This document shows positions 1-9,207 of a stretch of DNA of 64,000 nt, piece by piece. The notes below the pieces were generated by a model, which saw only the letters and a program-made list of their open reading frames with translations, was not told the origin of the DNA and searched no databases. The stretch comes from an uncultured delta proteobacterium. Its GTDB lineage: Bacteria > Myxococcota_A > Polyangia > Polyangiales > B10-G4. A program made the translations under genes and the position numbers. Position 1 is the first letter of the stretch; every line of letters begins with the position of its first letter. The stretch covers positions 1 to 64,000 of the forward strand of contig CAVSGI010000017.1 in assembly GCA_963727445.1 (NCBI GenBank), read 5' to 3'.

Positions 1-340
1 CATGCCCACAGTCAGTCTCCGAGACGCTTTTCGGGCTGAGCAAAGCCTTCGTGGCGGGCGAAACCCAGACCACACCGCTCGCAGCAGGCCGCGGGATTCC
101 CGGAGACGCATACGCCTCAGGTGCGCTCCGTGGTCACTGCCAACGAAAGCTTCATCAAGCGCGGCGACTTGGGCGGACACACGTGGGCTTCCTGGGCTGA
201 AATCTCGATAATCGAGCTAAGCCAAGACGTCTGGCGCAGAGCAGCTCGAGACACGTCTTCGCATTCATGAAGAGCCTGGCAGACGACCCCAACATGGACG
301 CGGAGCGAGTCCGGGTGGTCTGCTGGTTCAACTGGTGTCG
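1..340 (+). CDS. Hypothetical protein, 5'-truncated by window edge, frameshifted
   Basis: Joining + frames gives ...ETLFGLSKAF...AAGRGIPGDA...GGHTWASWAEI...FAFMKSLADDPNMDAERVRVVCWFNW, a coherent protein-like sequence; at least two frameshifts, end approximate. Confidence 0.45.
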
Positions 341-345
341 ACCGA

Positions 346-570
346 ATGATCTCCATCACAGGCCATGACTTCCACGACCCCGACTGGTCATCCCCCGAGG
401 ATCGATACGACTTCGAGTTCGGATAACGGTAACGGTGGGAGACGAGCAGGGAGAATCAAGCTTCCAAGTCCACGTCTGCTCGCCGGCTCCGGCAACACTG
501 AACAGCTGGGACGACAGCAGACCGCCTCATGCGAGAGAAGGGGGCGGCACTAGACCGCGGCGTATGGGTA
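346..570 (+). pseudogene. Imm8-like polymorphic-toxin immunity protein, frameshifted/partial
   Basis: ATG 346: MISITGHDFHDPDWSSPEDRYDFEF, then after a frameshift ITVTVGDEQGESSFQVHVCSP, resembling the Imm8 'PED..F....(I/V)G...G.ESF.V.VC(T/S)P' pattern; later WDD..ADRLMR; shorter than expected, end approximate. Confidence 0.5.
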
Positions 571-652
571 GCCTGTCTTGACCACCAAGGCCTCTTCCCT
601 CTTCCTCGCGGTGTATATTTCATCTGCTTTAACACCCGTAAGTTGTCTGGAG

Positions 653-702
653 TTGCGGCCCATCTATCGGATGTGTATATTCTGACCGCGATAACAGTCA
701 GA
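653..702 (+). promoter_or_regulatory. Putative sigma70 promoter with downstream inverted-repeat operator for the abiE operon
   Basis: TTGCGG (653-658)-17 bp-TATATT (676-681), immediately followed by inverted repeat TCTGAC-N10-GTCAGA (681-702) just upstream of ATG 716; AbiEi proteins are known to autorepress via inverted repeats. Confidence 0.5.
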
Positions 703-715
703 CTCCTGACCACTC

Positions 716-1533
716 ATGCAGTCATCTCACTCCCGATCTGGCCGGCCTCAGCGCGGCCGAGCGCGACCTCCTCGACAAGATTACCGCCGAGGAGAAGGTC
801 ATGGTGAGTGCGGATGACGTGATGGACCTGCGGGGTGTCGACGCGGCCGGCGGCCAGCCGCATCTTGTCGCGGCTGGAGGCGAAGGGCTGGGTACAGCGC
901 ATCAAGCGCGGCCTGTACACGCCCATCCCTCTCGGTGCTGGGTCACGAGAGCCGGCGTCGAGGACGCTTGGCTACTCGCGATGCGGCTCTTCGCGCCCTG
1001 TCACATCTCAGGTTGGTCGGCGGCGGAGCACTGGGATCTCACCGAGCAGATCTTCAACGCCATCAGCGTCGTCACGTCCGCGCCGCAGCGAACGGGAAAC
1101 AAACACACGGGGGGATGCGATTTCGCGTCCGGACCGTCTCGCCGGAGAAGATCTTCGGCATCTAGAAGATCTGGACGGGCTCTCACGCGGTTGTCCGTCG
1201 CAGACCCTAGTCGACTCGTCGTCGATATACTGACGCCCCGGAGATCGGTGGCGGCGGCCGGCACACGGTCGATATCGTCAAGAACTACTGGCAGGGAGAG
1301 CACAAAGATCCGGACGAGCTGTCGAGTACGCCATGCGCTACGGCCGTGGGCACCGTGTTCAAGCGCCTCGGGTTACCGCCGAGCATTTCGGTCGGTGCAC
1401 CGACGACTGGCTCGATGCGATGTCAGGCAGGCATGACCGCTGGAGTGACCGAGCTCGACCCTGCAGGACCGAAACGGGGCCGAATCACAGCCGGTGGCAC
1501 CTCCGCGTAAACGTGCCACTGCGGACCGCGTGA
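716..1533 (+). CDS. abiEi: Type IV toxin-antitoxin antitoxin, AbiEi family (wHTH + CTD), multiple frameshifts
   Basis: Fragments in ORFs 801/835/935/1333: LSRLEAKGWVQRIKRGLYTPIP, ISGWSAAEHWDLTEQI, VADPSRLVVDIL, WHLRVNV; its TGA overlaps the toxin start (GTGA 1530-1533). Confidence 0.8.
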
Positions 1534-2723
1534 TCCCGAAGGCGCAGATCGTCGAGCGCGCTGAAGAGGCCGGCCTTCTGCCGACGACGGTGGAGAAGGA
1601 CTACGTCCTCGGCTGGCTGCTCCGGGATCGCCCAGCACGACGTGCTTACCCGATGGGTCTTCAAGGGCGGCACCTGCCTCAAGAAGTGCTTCTTCGAGAC
1701 CTACCGATTCTCCGAAGACCTGGACTTCACGGTGCCCATCGGGGAATCGCTGAGTCACAATGGCATAGCGGCGGCGCTCCAGGAAATCGCCGCGTGGGTC
1801 GAAGATGAGTGCGGCGTCACGTTTCCCGCGGGCGCATCAAGGTCGAAGAGTACGAGAACCAGCGGGGGAACTCGTCCTACCAAGCCGACTCACCTACGCC
1901 GGACCCCTTCCCGATGGCCGGCGCACCTCCAGAAAGGGTCAAGTTCGACATCACCCAAGACGAGGTCATCGCAAGCGAGCCCGCGCTGCGGGATGTGCAT
2001 CACCCGTACCGCGACCAGGAGGACCCGCCGGCCCAGGTGCGGACCTACTCACTCGAAGAGGTCCTGGCCGAGAAGTCACGCGCGCTCTACGAACGGCAAG
2101 GCCGGGCGCGAGACGTCTACGACATCGTCCACTTGAGCCGCGCATTCCGAGAAACCATCGACGCAGCCAAAGCCCGCCAGTGTGCCGAGGCCAAGTTCGC
2201 GTTCAAGGGGATCGGGACGCCCTCGGTCGAGCCGATTCTCGGTCGCCTCGACCACGACGTTGTCAAGGCCAACTGGGAGCAACAGCTCGCCCACCAGCTC
2301 CCCGAGCTCCCTTCGGTCGACGGCTTCCTCGACGAGCTGGAGGATGCTTTGCGGTGGTGGCTCGAACCTGGCGCAGCCAGCCCTCCCCCCAAGCCGGTCC
2401 CGGCGAAGCCCGGGGAAGTGCTGATTCCACGGGTCTACTTCCCCACCTACCTCTCATTCAGCGTCGGAGGGCGCCACCTCGAGGCCCTGCGTTTCGCCGC
2501 GCGCAACCGCCTCTGTGCTCGCGTGCGCTACCACGGCCACGAGCGGCTCGTAGAACCCTACTCGCTGCGGCAGCCGAAGACCGGCAACCAGCTCCTCTAC
2601 GTCCACGAGCGCACGAAGGACGACGTCCCCGTCGATGAGATCCGTGCGTACAAGGTCGCCGAGATCGACGGCGTTGAGACGACCAGTATCCCGTTCGCCG
2701 CGAAGTGGCTCGTCGAGCTCTGA
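1530..2723 (+). CDS. abiEii: AbiEii/AbiGii-family nucleotidyltransferase toxin with C-terminal WYL-like domain, frameshifted
   Basis: VEKDYVLGWLL, WVFKGGTCLKKCFFETYRFSEDLDF, YSLEEVLAEKSRAL..R..ARDVYD are AbiEii motifs; C-terminus LRFAARNRLCARVRYHGHERLVEPYSLR...IRAYKVAEI fits the WYL pattern. Confidence 0.85.
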
Positions 2724-2773
2724 TGTCTGCTTGATTTCGTGGAGTCCATTCGTTCTCGCGTGGCCTACACCGG

Positions 2774-2792
2774 TGCCCAAATGATGCCCAAA
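2774..2792 (+). repeat. Tandem TGCCCAAA direct repeat, candidate integrase arm-type binding sites
   Basis: TGCCCAAA at 2774-2781 and 2785-2792 (11-bp period), ~130 bp from the att-like core. Confidence 0.45.
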
Positions 2793-2922
2793 CCCTGTGG
2801 CAACGGACCGGAAACGATGGGAAGCCATGGGACGCGCGTAACACGCGTCACCCGATGAATTCTCGAACGGTTGAGTAGGAAACCGAGTGACTGCTGCTAG
2901 TTAGCTCAACCGATCAATGTGA

Positions 2923-2943
2923 TTCGACTCCCGGCGCCTCCAC
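2923..2943 (+). mobile_element. Putative attachment site: duplicated 3' end of tmRNA (or tRNA-Ala) marking a genomic island boundary
   Basis: TTCGACT-CCCGG-CGCCTCC-A-C = T-loop, 3' T-stem and 3' acceptor strand with U70 and A73 of alanine-accepting RNAs; the 5' half of the T-stem and the rest of the RNA are absent. Confidence 0.65.
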
Positions 2944-2987
2944 TGATTATTACGCCGCTTTGGGGTGCTCCTGTGCCCTCGCAGGTG

Positions 2988-4463
2988 CTAGCCAGGTTCG
3001 AGCCAGAATGCAGGAGCCTCCGGCTCGTCGCACGACGGCGCGAGCATCTCGCATGGAAGCAAGCGTTCCACGCGGATCGAATCACGGCGACGGAACGACA
3101 CATCGAGTCGCACGATGTCCTCTGGTGCGGGGTGCTCGAGGTCGTCCACCCGCAGCCACTCCTCGTCTCCGACCGGAAACACGTCGCGAAGTGGCACGTA
3201 CGTTCCGAAGATCGCGCCGAAAGCGCCACCGCATCAGGCGAACCCACGACGGCTTGTCGGGGAGGTTCCACAACTGAGTGAGCAGTTGTGCCGTATCCGA
3301 GTTGGCGGGGCGTGCACTATCGGAGCTCACGGACCACTCGGTTACGGCAAGGGTGGGCCGAGGGCTGCCGGGCGGCCCCTGAAAAGACGCAATAAAGCCA
3401 TCGCGATCGCGCCCAAGCCATGGTGCGTCACCGTCGGGACACCAGGACATTTGAGAAGACTTGAAGTGTCGCTCGAGATCGATCTCCTTCGCCGAGAAGG
3501 TGCATGGCAACCGGACGATCCGTTGTTGAAGCTCGGCGGGCAGGTCCTTGACTTGTAGCGCCTGCTTGGGACAGGCGGCCGCCGCATAGACGGTCTCCCC
3601 CGACGCCGCAAACTGGTATGTCCGCAAGTCCGCGCTGGGTGGGAGCGACCCTCGGCCATACCGGCCATATGGGTCGCGCTGCTGAGTCGGCACTTGACGC
3701 CACAAGCCGATGGGAAGCCCCTCGGCGCTGTTCCGGTCAACCTCCAGCCGATAGCCAGCGCTCGTAACCACCTCAGTGGACGTACCCGCAGGCGGATTGA
3801 ACGTTACCAGCCTGCGTCCGGCAGATCATCAACCACCCCCACGTGTGCGACCTCTGGCTCGCACTGGTTCTTGAACTCGCGGCCCACGGCAACGGTCGCG
3901 CACGGAACGGCGGCGTCCATCCAGTATGGCTGGTGAAACACGCCCACATGACCCGCTGCGTCGGCAGCGAACCACGCGAGCTCAAGCCTAACGAGATGCC
4001 CCCTGTCGTGAAGCCGGCACAGTTCCGGAGGAAAAAGGCTCGGAGAGTTGGAGCTCCGACATCGAGTCAAATCTCCCGGGGACGCGCGTGAGTAGACCTT
4101 GATAGGCCGCCGGCAATTGGTCCTGCAGAACATGCTGCGTGTCCGAAACGTCGGGATCACGTTCGTATCGGCCGGGAGCCGCCATGATCGCCGACGAACC
4201 TGAAGCGATGCCGTAAGGCCGGCTTCGCCGCGTTTCGCGTGCGGTACGATGTGACGTCATAGTGCTCGTCCAACCAGCGCCCGATCGGATTGTCGCCCCA
4301 GTTTCCTGCGATCCCATACTGGAACGCAGCAGGGATCCAATCGGGGGAGGGACGGCGCCCTCTTCCCCGTCGCAAAGGACGCCACTTCGCCGAGGTCGTC
4401 GACTCCAAACCACTCCGCATCCATGCCATGAGCGGCAGGGTAGTCTCGTTGTCCTGCAGACAT
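2988..4463 (-). CDS. Uncharacterised protein with three tandem copies of one domain, multiply frameshifted
   Basis: ATG 4463 MSAGQRDYPAAHGMDAEWFGVDDLGEVASFATG; repeat starts WFGVDDLGEVASF / WFAADAAGHVGVF / WLGRDRDGFIASF; repeat ends LQDQLPAAYQGLLTRVPGRF / LQVKDLPAELQQRIVRLPCTF / LRVDDLEHPAPEDIVRLDVSF. Confidence 0.6.
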
Positions 4464-4505
4464 GAGGACACGTGTATAGCCGCTGGTGCGGCGTGGTGGA
4501 CCGAA

Positions 4506-5341
4506 ATGACAATCGCCCCGGAACTCCTCTCGGTTGAGGTCACCCGCAGATGCGCAAAGGCATGCTCGTTCTGCTACAACGGCAGCTCCCCTCGCGCGGT
4601 GGACGCCTGGGACGCCGAAGAGCTGCTTGCGTTTCTGCGAGACTGCATCCGATTCGGAAAAAGCCATTTCTCTGGGTGGCGGCGAAGTCCTTCAGTGGCC
4701 ACCGCTGTTTGACCTGCTGGACAAGCTTCGCGGCTTCGCATTTCGCTCATTTCATACGAACGGGCTTCTACTCGACCGCTTCTGGAACGACGTCGTGAAA
4801 CGTGAAGCCCAAAAGGTCCATGTATCGATCCACTAACCGCGCATGACGTCGGAATGCGAACGCGTGGCGAAGAGGTGACACGCCTCCAAGATGCGGGCGT
4901 AGTCAGTGGTATCAACCTCCTCGTAAGGGCCAGCGAGCTGGAGTCCGCTGCGCAGAAAACCAGCCGCGTCGCTACGCCGCACGGCATCGGCAATGACCGG
5001 ATAATTTATCTTCCGATGCGCGGCCAGGACACTCCTTCGCCCCGCGACCTCGCGAGAGTCGCCGGGAACGCACACTTCCAATCGATGTCCTGCCTCCTTC
5101 GGTGTGCACCGAGTGACCGTTTCTGTTCTATTGGAGCCGACGGGAGCATCGGCCACTGCTCGTACACGCAGGAACGAAGAGCACTGGATGCTCCCACCGC
5201 AGCCGCGTTGGCACAGGCCCGAGCTGGTCTAGCCCTCCCCGGTTTTGTGGAAATGGAACTCCCACGATGGTGGCACAGCAACTCATCCCGGTCCGGCGGG
5301 TCCGTAGACGTTCGACAGACGGTCTGCCTCCTGCAAGGTAG
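4506..5341 (+). CDS. Radical SAM protein (frameshifts and one in-frame stop; end approximate)
   Basis: SVEVTRRCAKACSFCYN (CxxxCxxC), AISLGGGEVL, TNGLLL, KVHVSIH; C-terminal CLLRC...FCSIGADGSIGHCSY Cys cluster; TAA at 4834-4836 interrupts. Confidence 0.8.
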
Positions 5342-5558
5342 GCAGAGATCTGGAACGGGGGTCGCAAGCACGGCGTATCCACTGGGGATGCGCCGCGTTC
5401 AATTGAGTCATCGGCGCCGGTCGTCGGCCCGCACGTGAAATCCTCGGCTCCGTGGACTCGCGTCCACTCCGCTCGGAAGACTGGGACCCGCGGAGGTATC
5501 CGCGAAGGGGACCCGCGGTGATGCTGGAACCGACAGCGCGCTGGCTCTCGCGAGCGAC

Positions 5559-5930
5559 TCAGTCGACCGCTGTCTGCGGCAGCTGAGCGGGCGCGCGGAG
5601 GCGCCGGTAGCTCCCCGCGGTGGCCAGGCAGGTCGCGACCGCGACGATCAGAAACGCCGCCACCATGTTGTTCAGAGCCTCGTGAAGACCGAGAAGGAAG
5701 ATCCACCGGCTCTCGGCCGCGACCTCTCCGAGATGCTCGACGGACTTCTGCAGCCCGACGACCGTCCCGAGGCAGGCGATGAGCAGCGTCCCGATGCCGC
5801 TCCCCACGACCAGCGCCAGTCGCTCGCGCCGTGGCCGATAGGCGTGAAGCGCCGCGGTCGCGAGACACACCCCACCGAAGATGAACACGGGCCAGATGGC
5901 CCACCCCGCTCGTCGTACGAAATCGATCAT
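5559..5930 (-). CDS. Small 3-TM membrane protein, MotA/TolQ/ExbB-like
   Basis: MIDFVRRAGWAIWPVFIFG...LGTVVGL...GLHEALNN pattern; GGAGGAGAGG RBS before ATG 5930. Confidence 0.65.
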   Translation of the reverse strand: MIDFVRRAGWAIWPVFIFGGVCLATAALHAYRPRRERLALVVGSGIGTLLIACLGTVVGLQKSVEHLGEVAAESRWIFLLGLHEALNNMVAAFLIVAVATCLATAGSYRRLRAPAQLPQTAVD

Positions 5931-5962
5931 GCGTCCTCTCCTCCAGACAGCAGCCAGCTCTC

Positions 5963-5990
5963 TGAGACAGCGCACTCGCCCCGAAGTTCC
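5963..5990 (-). promoter_or_regulatory. Putative ECF-sigma promoter
   Basis: Minus strand GGAACTT-15 bp-GTCTCA about 30 bp upstream of ATG 5930. Confidence 0.45.
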
Positions 5991-6028
5991 CCATCCAACC
6001 CGCGTCGGCCTCGGGTATCGTCGCCGTC

Positions 6029-6520
6029 ATGGAAAAGGCGCTCGCCCTCACCCTCGCGTGTTTCCTCGCCTTCGCACCCCTCGCGGGCTGCTCGATGCTC
6101 TACGACCCATGCGGTGATCTCGAGACCAGGCTCTGCGCCGACCTCGGTGGCGACTGCAGCGTCTTTCAGTCGAACCCAACCGTGCATGACGCGATCGTTC
6201 CGCAGCGACGTCGCCAGGCCGAGAAGTCGCAGTGCGAGATGTACGCCGCGCCGGAGAACTACCAGTCCTACACCCTGCCGTGGACACGGTACCTCGTGGC
6301 CCAGACGCGCGACCCCTCGACCCCGGCGCCACAGCTCCCGCCGCCGGTCGCGGTGGATGGCCTCGCGAGCGGCGTGAGCGGCTACTGGCTCTACCTGCTC
6401 CCCGTCCTGATCATCCCCCTCATATTCCTCTACAGCGTGCGAAGTATGCGCGCGGCGAAGAAGGCGGCCCAGGGTGGCGGACAGCCGCCGCCCGCGGGTC
6501 AGGGTCCTCCCGACGCCTGA
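6029..6520 (+). CDS. Lipoprotein with C-terminal TM helix
   Basis: Lipobox LAGC, Cys-containing domain, hydrophobic YWLYLLPVLIIPLIFLY. Confidence 0.8.
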   Translation: MEKALALTLACFLAFAPLAGCSMLYDPCGDLETRLCADLGGDCSVFQSNPTVHDAIVPQRRRQAEKSQCEMYAAPENYQSYTLPWTRYLVAQTRDPSTPAPQLPPPVAVDGLASGVSGYWLYLLPVLIIPLIFLYSVRSMRAAKKAAQGGGQPPPAGQGPPDA

Positions 6521-6687
6521 GGCAGTAAGGGCCGTACCTGCGGGCGCACGAGAGCGGGGTGGGTGGAAGGGCTGCGTCGAGCGGGCCTGTCGGCGGTCGC
6601 TCGTGACATCGTCACGTTCGCGTGTGGCGAGGCCCTGTCCGAGCGTGGCACCGCAAGAGAACGCCGAAGTTTCAGCCACTTCGGGCC

Positions 6688-6703
6688 TGGCATCCCAGCT
6701 GCA
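6688..6703 (+). promoter_or_regulatory. Putative sigma54 promoter
   Basis: TGGCATCCCAGCTGCA = GG-N10-GC, upstream of AAGGAG RBS and ATG 6761; inverted repeat CCGAAGT-N7-ACTTCGG (6664-6684) abuts it. Confidence 0.55.
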
Positions 6704-6760
6704 ATGTCCTTCGTTCACACGCGGCGAGGCGCCGCATCGAAACCGAAGGAGACACCCCGC

Positions 6761-7147
6761 ATGCGCAACATCATCCTGACGATCCTACTGGCATCGACCG
6801 TCCTCGGCGGCGCGGCCTGCACCAACCCCTCGGGCCCCGAGAGCCGAAGCTCCAGCGTGGTTTCCGAAGGCGACGGCGGCCCAGCCGCGTCGACGGGGAT
6901 CGTCCAGTTCGCGAACCGCAGCGACATCTCGGTCTACTACCTCTACCTCTCACCGTCCTCCAGCAGCAGCTGGGGCCCCGATCAGCTCGGCGCAAACGTT
7001 CTGTCCCCTGGTGAGACTTTCACGCTGCGAGGCGTCCCCTGCGGTGACGTCGACTACAAGCTCGAAGGCCTCGGACACACCGCGCTCCTGACTCGCTACG
7101 GCGTTCCCCTCGACTGCGGCGGAGGCCTCGAGATCAACCTCCACTGA
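6761..7147 (+). CDS. Small lipoprotein, beta-sandwich-like domain
   Basis: MRNIILTILLASTVLGGAAC lipobox; FANRSDISVYYLYLSPSSSSSWGPDQLG..VLSPGET pattern; AAGGAG RBS. Confidence 0.8.
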   Translation: MRNIILTILLASTVLGGAACTNPSGPESRSSSVVSEGDGGPAASTGIVQFANRSDISVYYLYLSPSSSSSWGPDQLGANVLSPGETFTLRGVPCGDVDYKLEGLGHTALLTRYGVPLDCGGGLEINLH

Positions 7148-7193
7148 ACGACAACCGCCTCCAATCCATCCACGAAACGACTCAGGAGATTCA

Positions 7194-7430
7194 ATGAAGA
7201 CCAAGACCATCATCTTCCTCGCCGCCTTCATCACCGGCTTCGGCATCACCCTCGGCGCGAGCGCGCAGCTCAAGGAGCTCGACCTCTTCGGTGACGAGCT
7301 CAAGAGGGACCTCGCCTCCCCCATCCCCGCCATCTCGGACCAGGTCTACGACCTCGACGTCGCCGCTCTCGACGAAGGCGCCCCGGAAGGAAACATCGCA
7401 CAATGGGCTCCGACTCCGTACGAGAACTGA
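7194..7430 (+). CDS. Small secreted acidic protein (78 aa)
   Basis: AGGAG RBS, signal peptide ending ASA, GC3-rich codons. Confidence 0.75.
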   Translation: MKTKTIIFLAAFITGFGITLGASAQLKELDLFGDELKRDLASPIPAISDQVYDLDVAALDEGAPEGNIAQWAPTPYEN

Positions 7431-7451
7431 GCAGAGGATCGGCGAACGAGG

Positions 7452-7493
7452 GCGAGGGCGAGGGCAACGGTGTCCCTCGCCCTCGCGAGTTTT
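7452..7493 (+). terminator. Putative intrinsic terminator hairpin
   Basis: GCGAGGGCGAGGG (7452-7464) pairs with CCCTCGCCCTCGC (7474-7486), followed by GAGTTTT. Confidence 0.5.
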
Positions 7494-7547
7494 GGTGGGT
7501 ATGCTGCTCGCGAGGGGATTCGATTGGGAAGCGACGACTTCGCAGAG

Positions 7548-9206
7548 GTGAACACGCCCGTCTCGGGAGTGGACGACACCGTTCATCAGCCGAGCGACTC
7601 GTCACAGCGACCCATCTCGGGGATGGAAGAGACGATGGCCCGTTCGGGGCCGCGTCCTTCCGGGCAGGCGCATCGGGACGAGCTGACGCCCGGCACGATG
7701 ATCGCCAGCAAGTATCGCATCGAGCGCGCTTTGGGGGTGGGAGGCTTCGGCGCGGTCTACGAGGCGATGCACGTCGACATCCAACGCCCCGTGGCGTTGA
7801 AGGTGCTCCTGACGCGTGCTGGCGTCGACCCCGAGCTGGTGAAGCGCTTCCAGCGTGAGGCACGCGTGGCCACTCGAATTCGACATCCGAACATCGTCGA
7901 CGTCATCGACTTCGGCGTCGACGATGGGCGTCCCTACCTCGTCATGGAGCTGCTCGCGGGGCGCAGCCTCGGCGACACCATCGAAGAACGCGGGCGTCTC
8001 GCCGTGCGTGAGATCGTGCCAATCGTCGACGGTGTGTTGCGCGCGCTGAGCACCGCCCACAGGGCGGGCATCGTCCACCGCGACATCAAGCCGGACAACG
8101 TCTTCCTGGCAGAGCACGAGAGCGACCCCTCCATCGGCATGACGGTCAAAGTGCTCGACTTCGGGATCGCCAAGTGGGAGCAGGGAGACCAGACGCGCCT
8201 CACGAAGAGTCAGATGTCGATGGGTACGGCGGCCTACATGGCACCGGAGCAGGTCCAGTCCTCCCGCGACGTCACGCAGGCTGCCGACCAGTACTCGGCC
8301 GGCGTGATGCTCTACGAAGGCCTGACCGGGCGGCTGCCTCACCTCGCGAGCAACTACAACGAGATGATCGTCGCCAAGGTGGTCAGCGACCCTGAGCCGC
8401 TGGCGCACCTTCGACCCGATCTTCCCCCGGAGCTGTGTGACGTCGTCATGCGAAGCCTCGCCAAAGAGGCCGAAGCGCGATTCGAGAGCGTCGATGCCCT
8501 GCGAGAGGCGCTCAAACCGTTCCACGACTTCGAGGAAGACGGAGAGGGCGAGGTCATCCGCATCTCTCATACGGTCAGTGCGCCGATCCCCGCGAGCGCC
8601 AAGCGCGCCATCGCGGAGGCCGCGGTTTCGCACGACACGCTCGAGGAGGATTCTCCACGCGGCTTCGAAGAGGAGAGTACCGAGACCACGACCCGGGCGG
8701 ACGAGAAGGGGCGTCCGAAGTGGATACTGCCCGCCATGGCCGCGGTCGCCCTGACGCTCGTCGTTGGCGCGGCCATCGGTCTCGCGATCAGTGGTCAGCC
8801 ACGCATGGAAAGCTCGAATGCTCCAGAGGAGACCCCGGGCGCCTCCCCCGTCACGCGGCCGGTGACACCGGTGCCTTCGGAGCCGGTCGGAGAAACGCCG
8901 GCGCGCGAGCCGACTCTCACCTCCGTTCGCTTCACGACGTCACCAGATGGTGCCTCCGTCAGCATCGATGGGAGTCTGAAGTGTCATGAGACGCCTTGCA
9001 CCGTGGAGCTGGAGGACAGCCCGGTCCACGCGGTGATAGAAAGGCGAGGGTTCCAAACGGCGACGCGCGACCTCGAGCCGCCCTTCGATGAACACGTGAC
9101 CGTTGAGCTCACCCGAATCCGAGACCGACCGACGATGGCTGGCTCCACCACCGACATGACCAACGCCACGCCGACGATGGGTGGTTTGCCCTTCAACATG
9201 ATGTGA
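7548..9206 (+). CDS. Transmembrane Ser/Thr protein kinase with C-terminal PEGA domain
   Basis: LGVGGFGAVY, VALKVL, HRDIKPDN, DFG, YMAPE; TM ILPAMAAVALTLVVGAAIGLAI; FTTSPDGASVSIDG PEGA; start uncertain (7548 or 7623). Confidence 0.93.
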   Translation: MNTPVSGVDDTVHQPSDSSQRPISGMEETMARSGPRPSGQAHRDELTPGTMIASKYRIERALGVGGFGAVYEAMHVDIQRPVALKVLLTRAGVDPELVKRFQREARVATRIRHPNIVDVIDFGVDDGRPYLVMELLAGRSLGDTIEERGRLAVREIVPIVDGVLRALSTAHRAGIVHRDIKPDNVFLAEHESDPSIGMTVKVLDFGIAKWEQGDQTRLTKSQMSMGTAAYMAPEQVQSSRDVTQAADQYSAGVMLYEGLTGRLPHLASNYNEMIVAKVVSDPEPLAHLRPDLPPELCDVVMRSLAKEAEARFESVDALREALKPFHDFEEDGEGEVIRISHTVSAPIPASAKRAIAEAAVSHDTLEEDSPRGFEEESTETTTRADEKGRPKWILPAMAAVALTLVVGAAIGLAISGQPRMESSNAPEETPGASPVTRPVTPVPSEPVGETPAREPTLTSVRFTTSPDGASVSIDGSLKCHETPCTVELEDSPVHAVIERRGFQTATRDLEPPFDEHVTVELTRIRDRPTMAGSTTDMTNATPTMGGLPFNMM

Positions 9207-9207
9207 C

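Noticed and set aside
2923..2943. Complete tRNA or tmRNA gene
   Set aside because: Only the 3' 21 nt match; no 5' T-stem, D/anticodon arms or 5' acceptor strand upstream
4506..5341. Prokaryotic viperin
   Set aside because: Has CxxxCxxC but carries a C-terminal auxiliary Cys cluster and shows no viperin-specific features that I can recognise
5452..5518. Two 6-bp-stem hairpins and a GGGACCCGCGG direct repeat as REP element or ncRNA
   Set aside because: No further copies seen in the window; adequately explained as terminator-like structure between convergent genes
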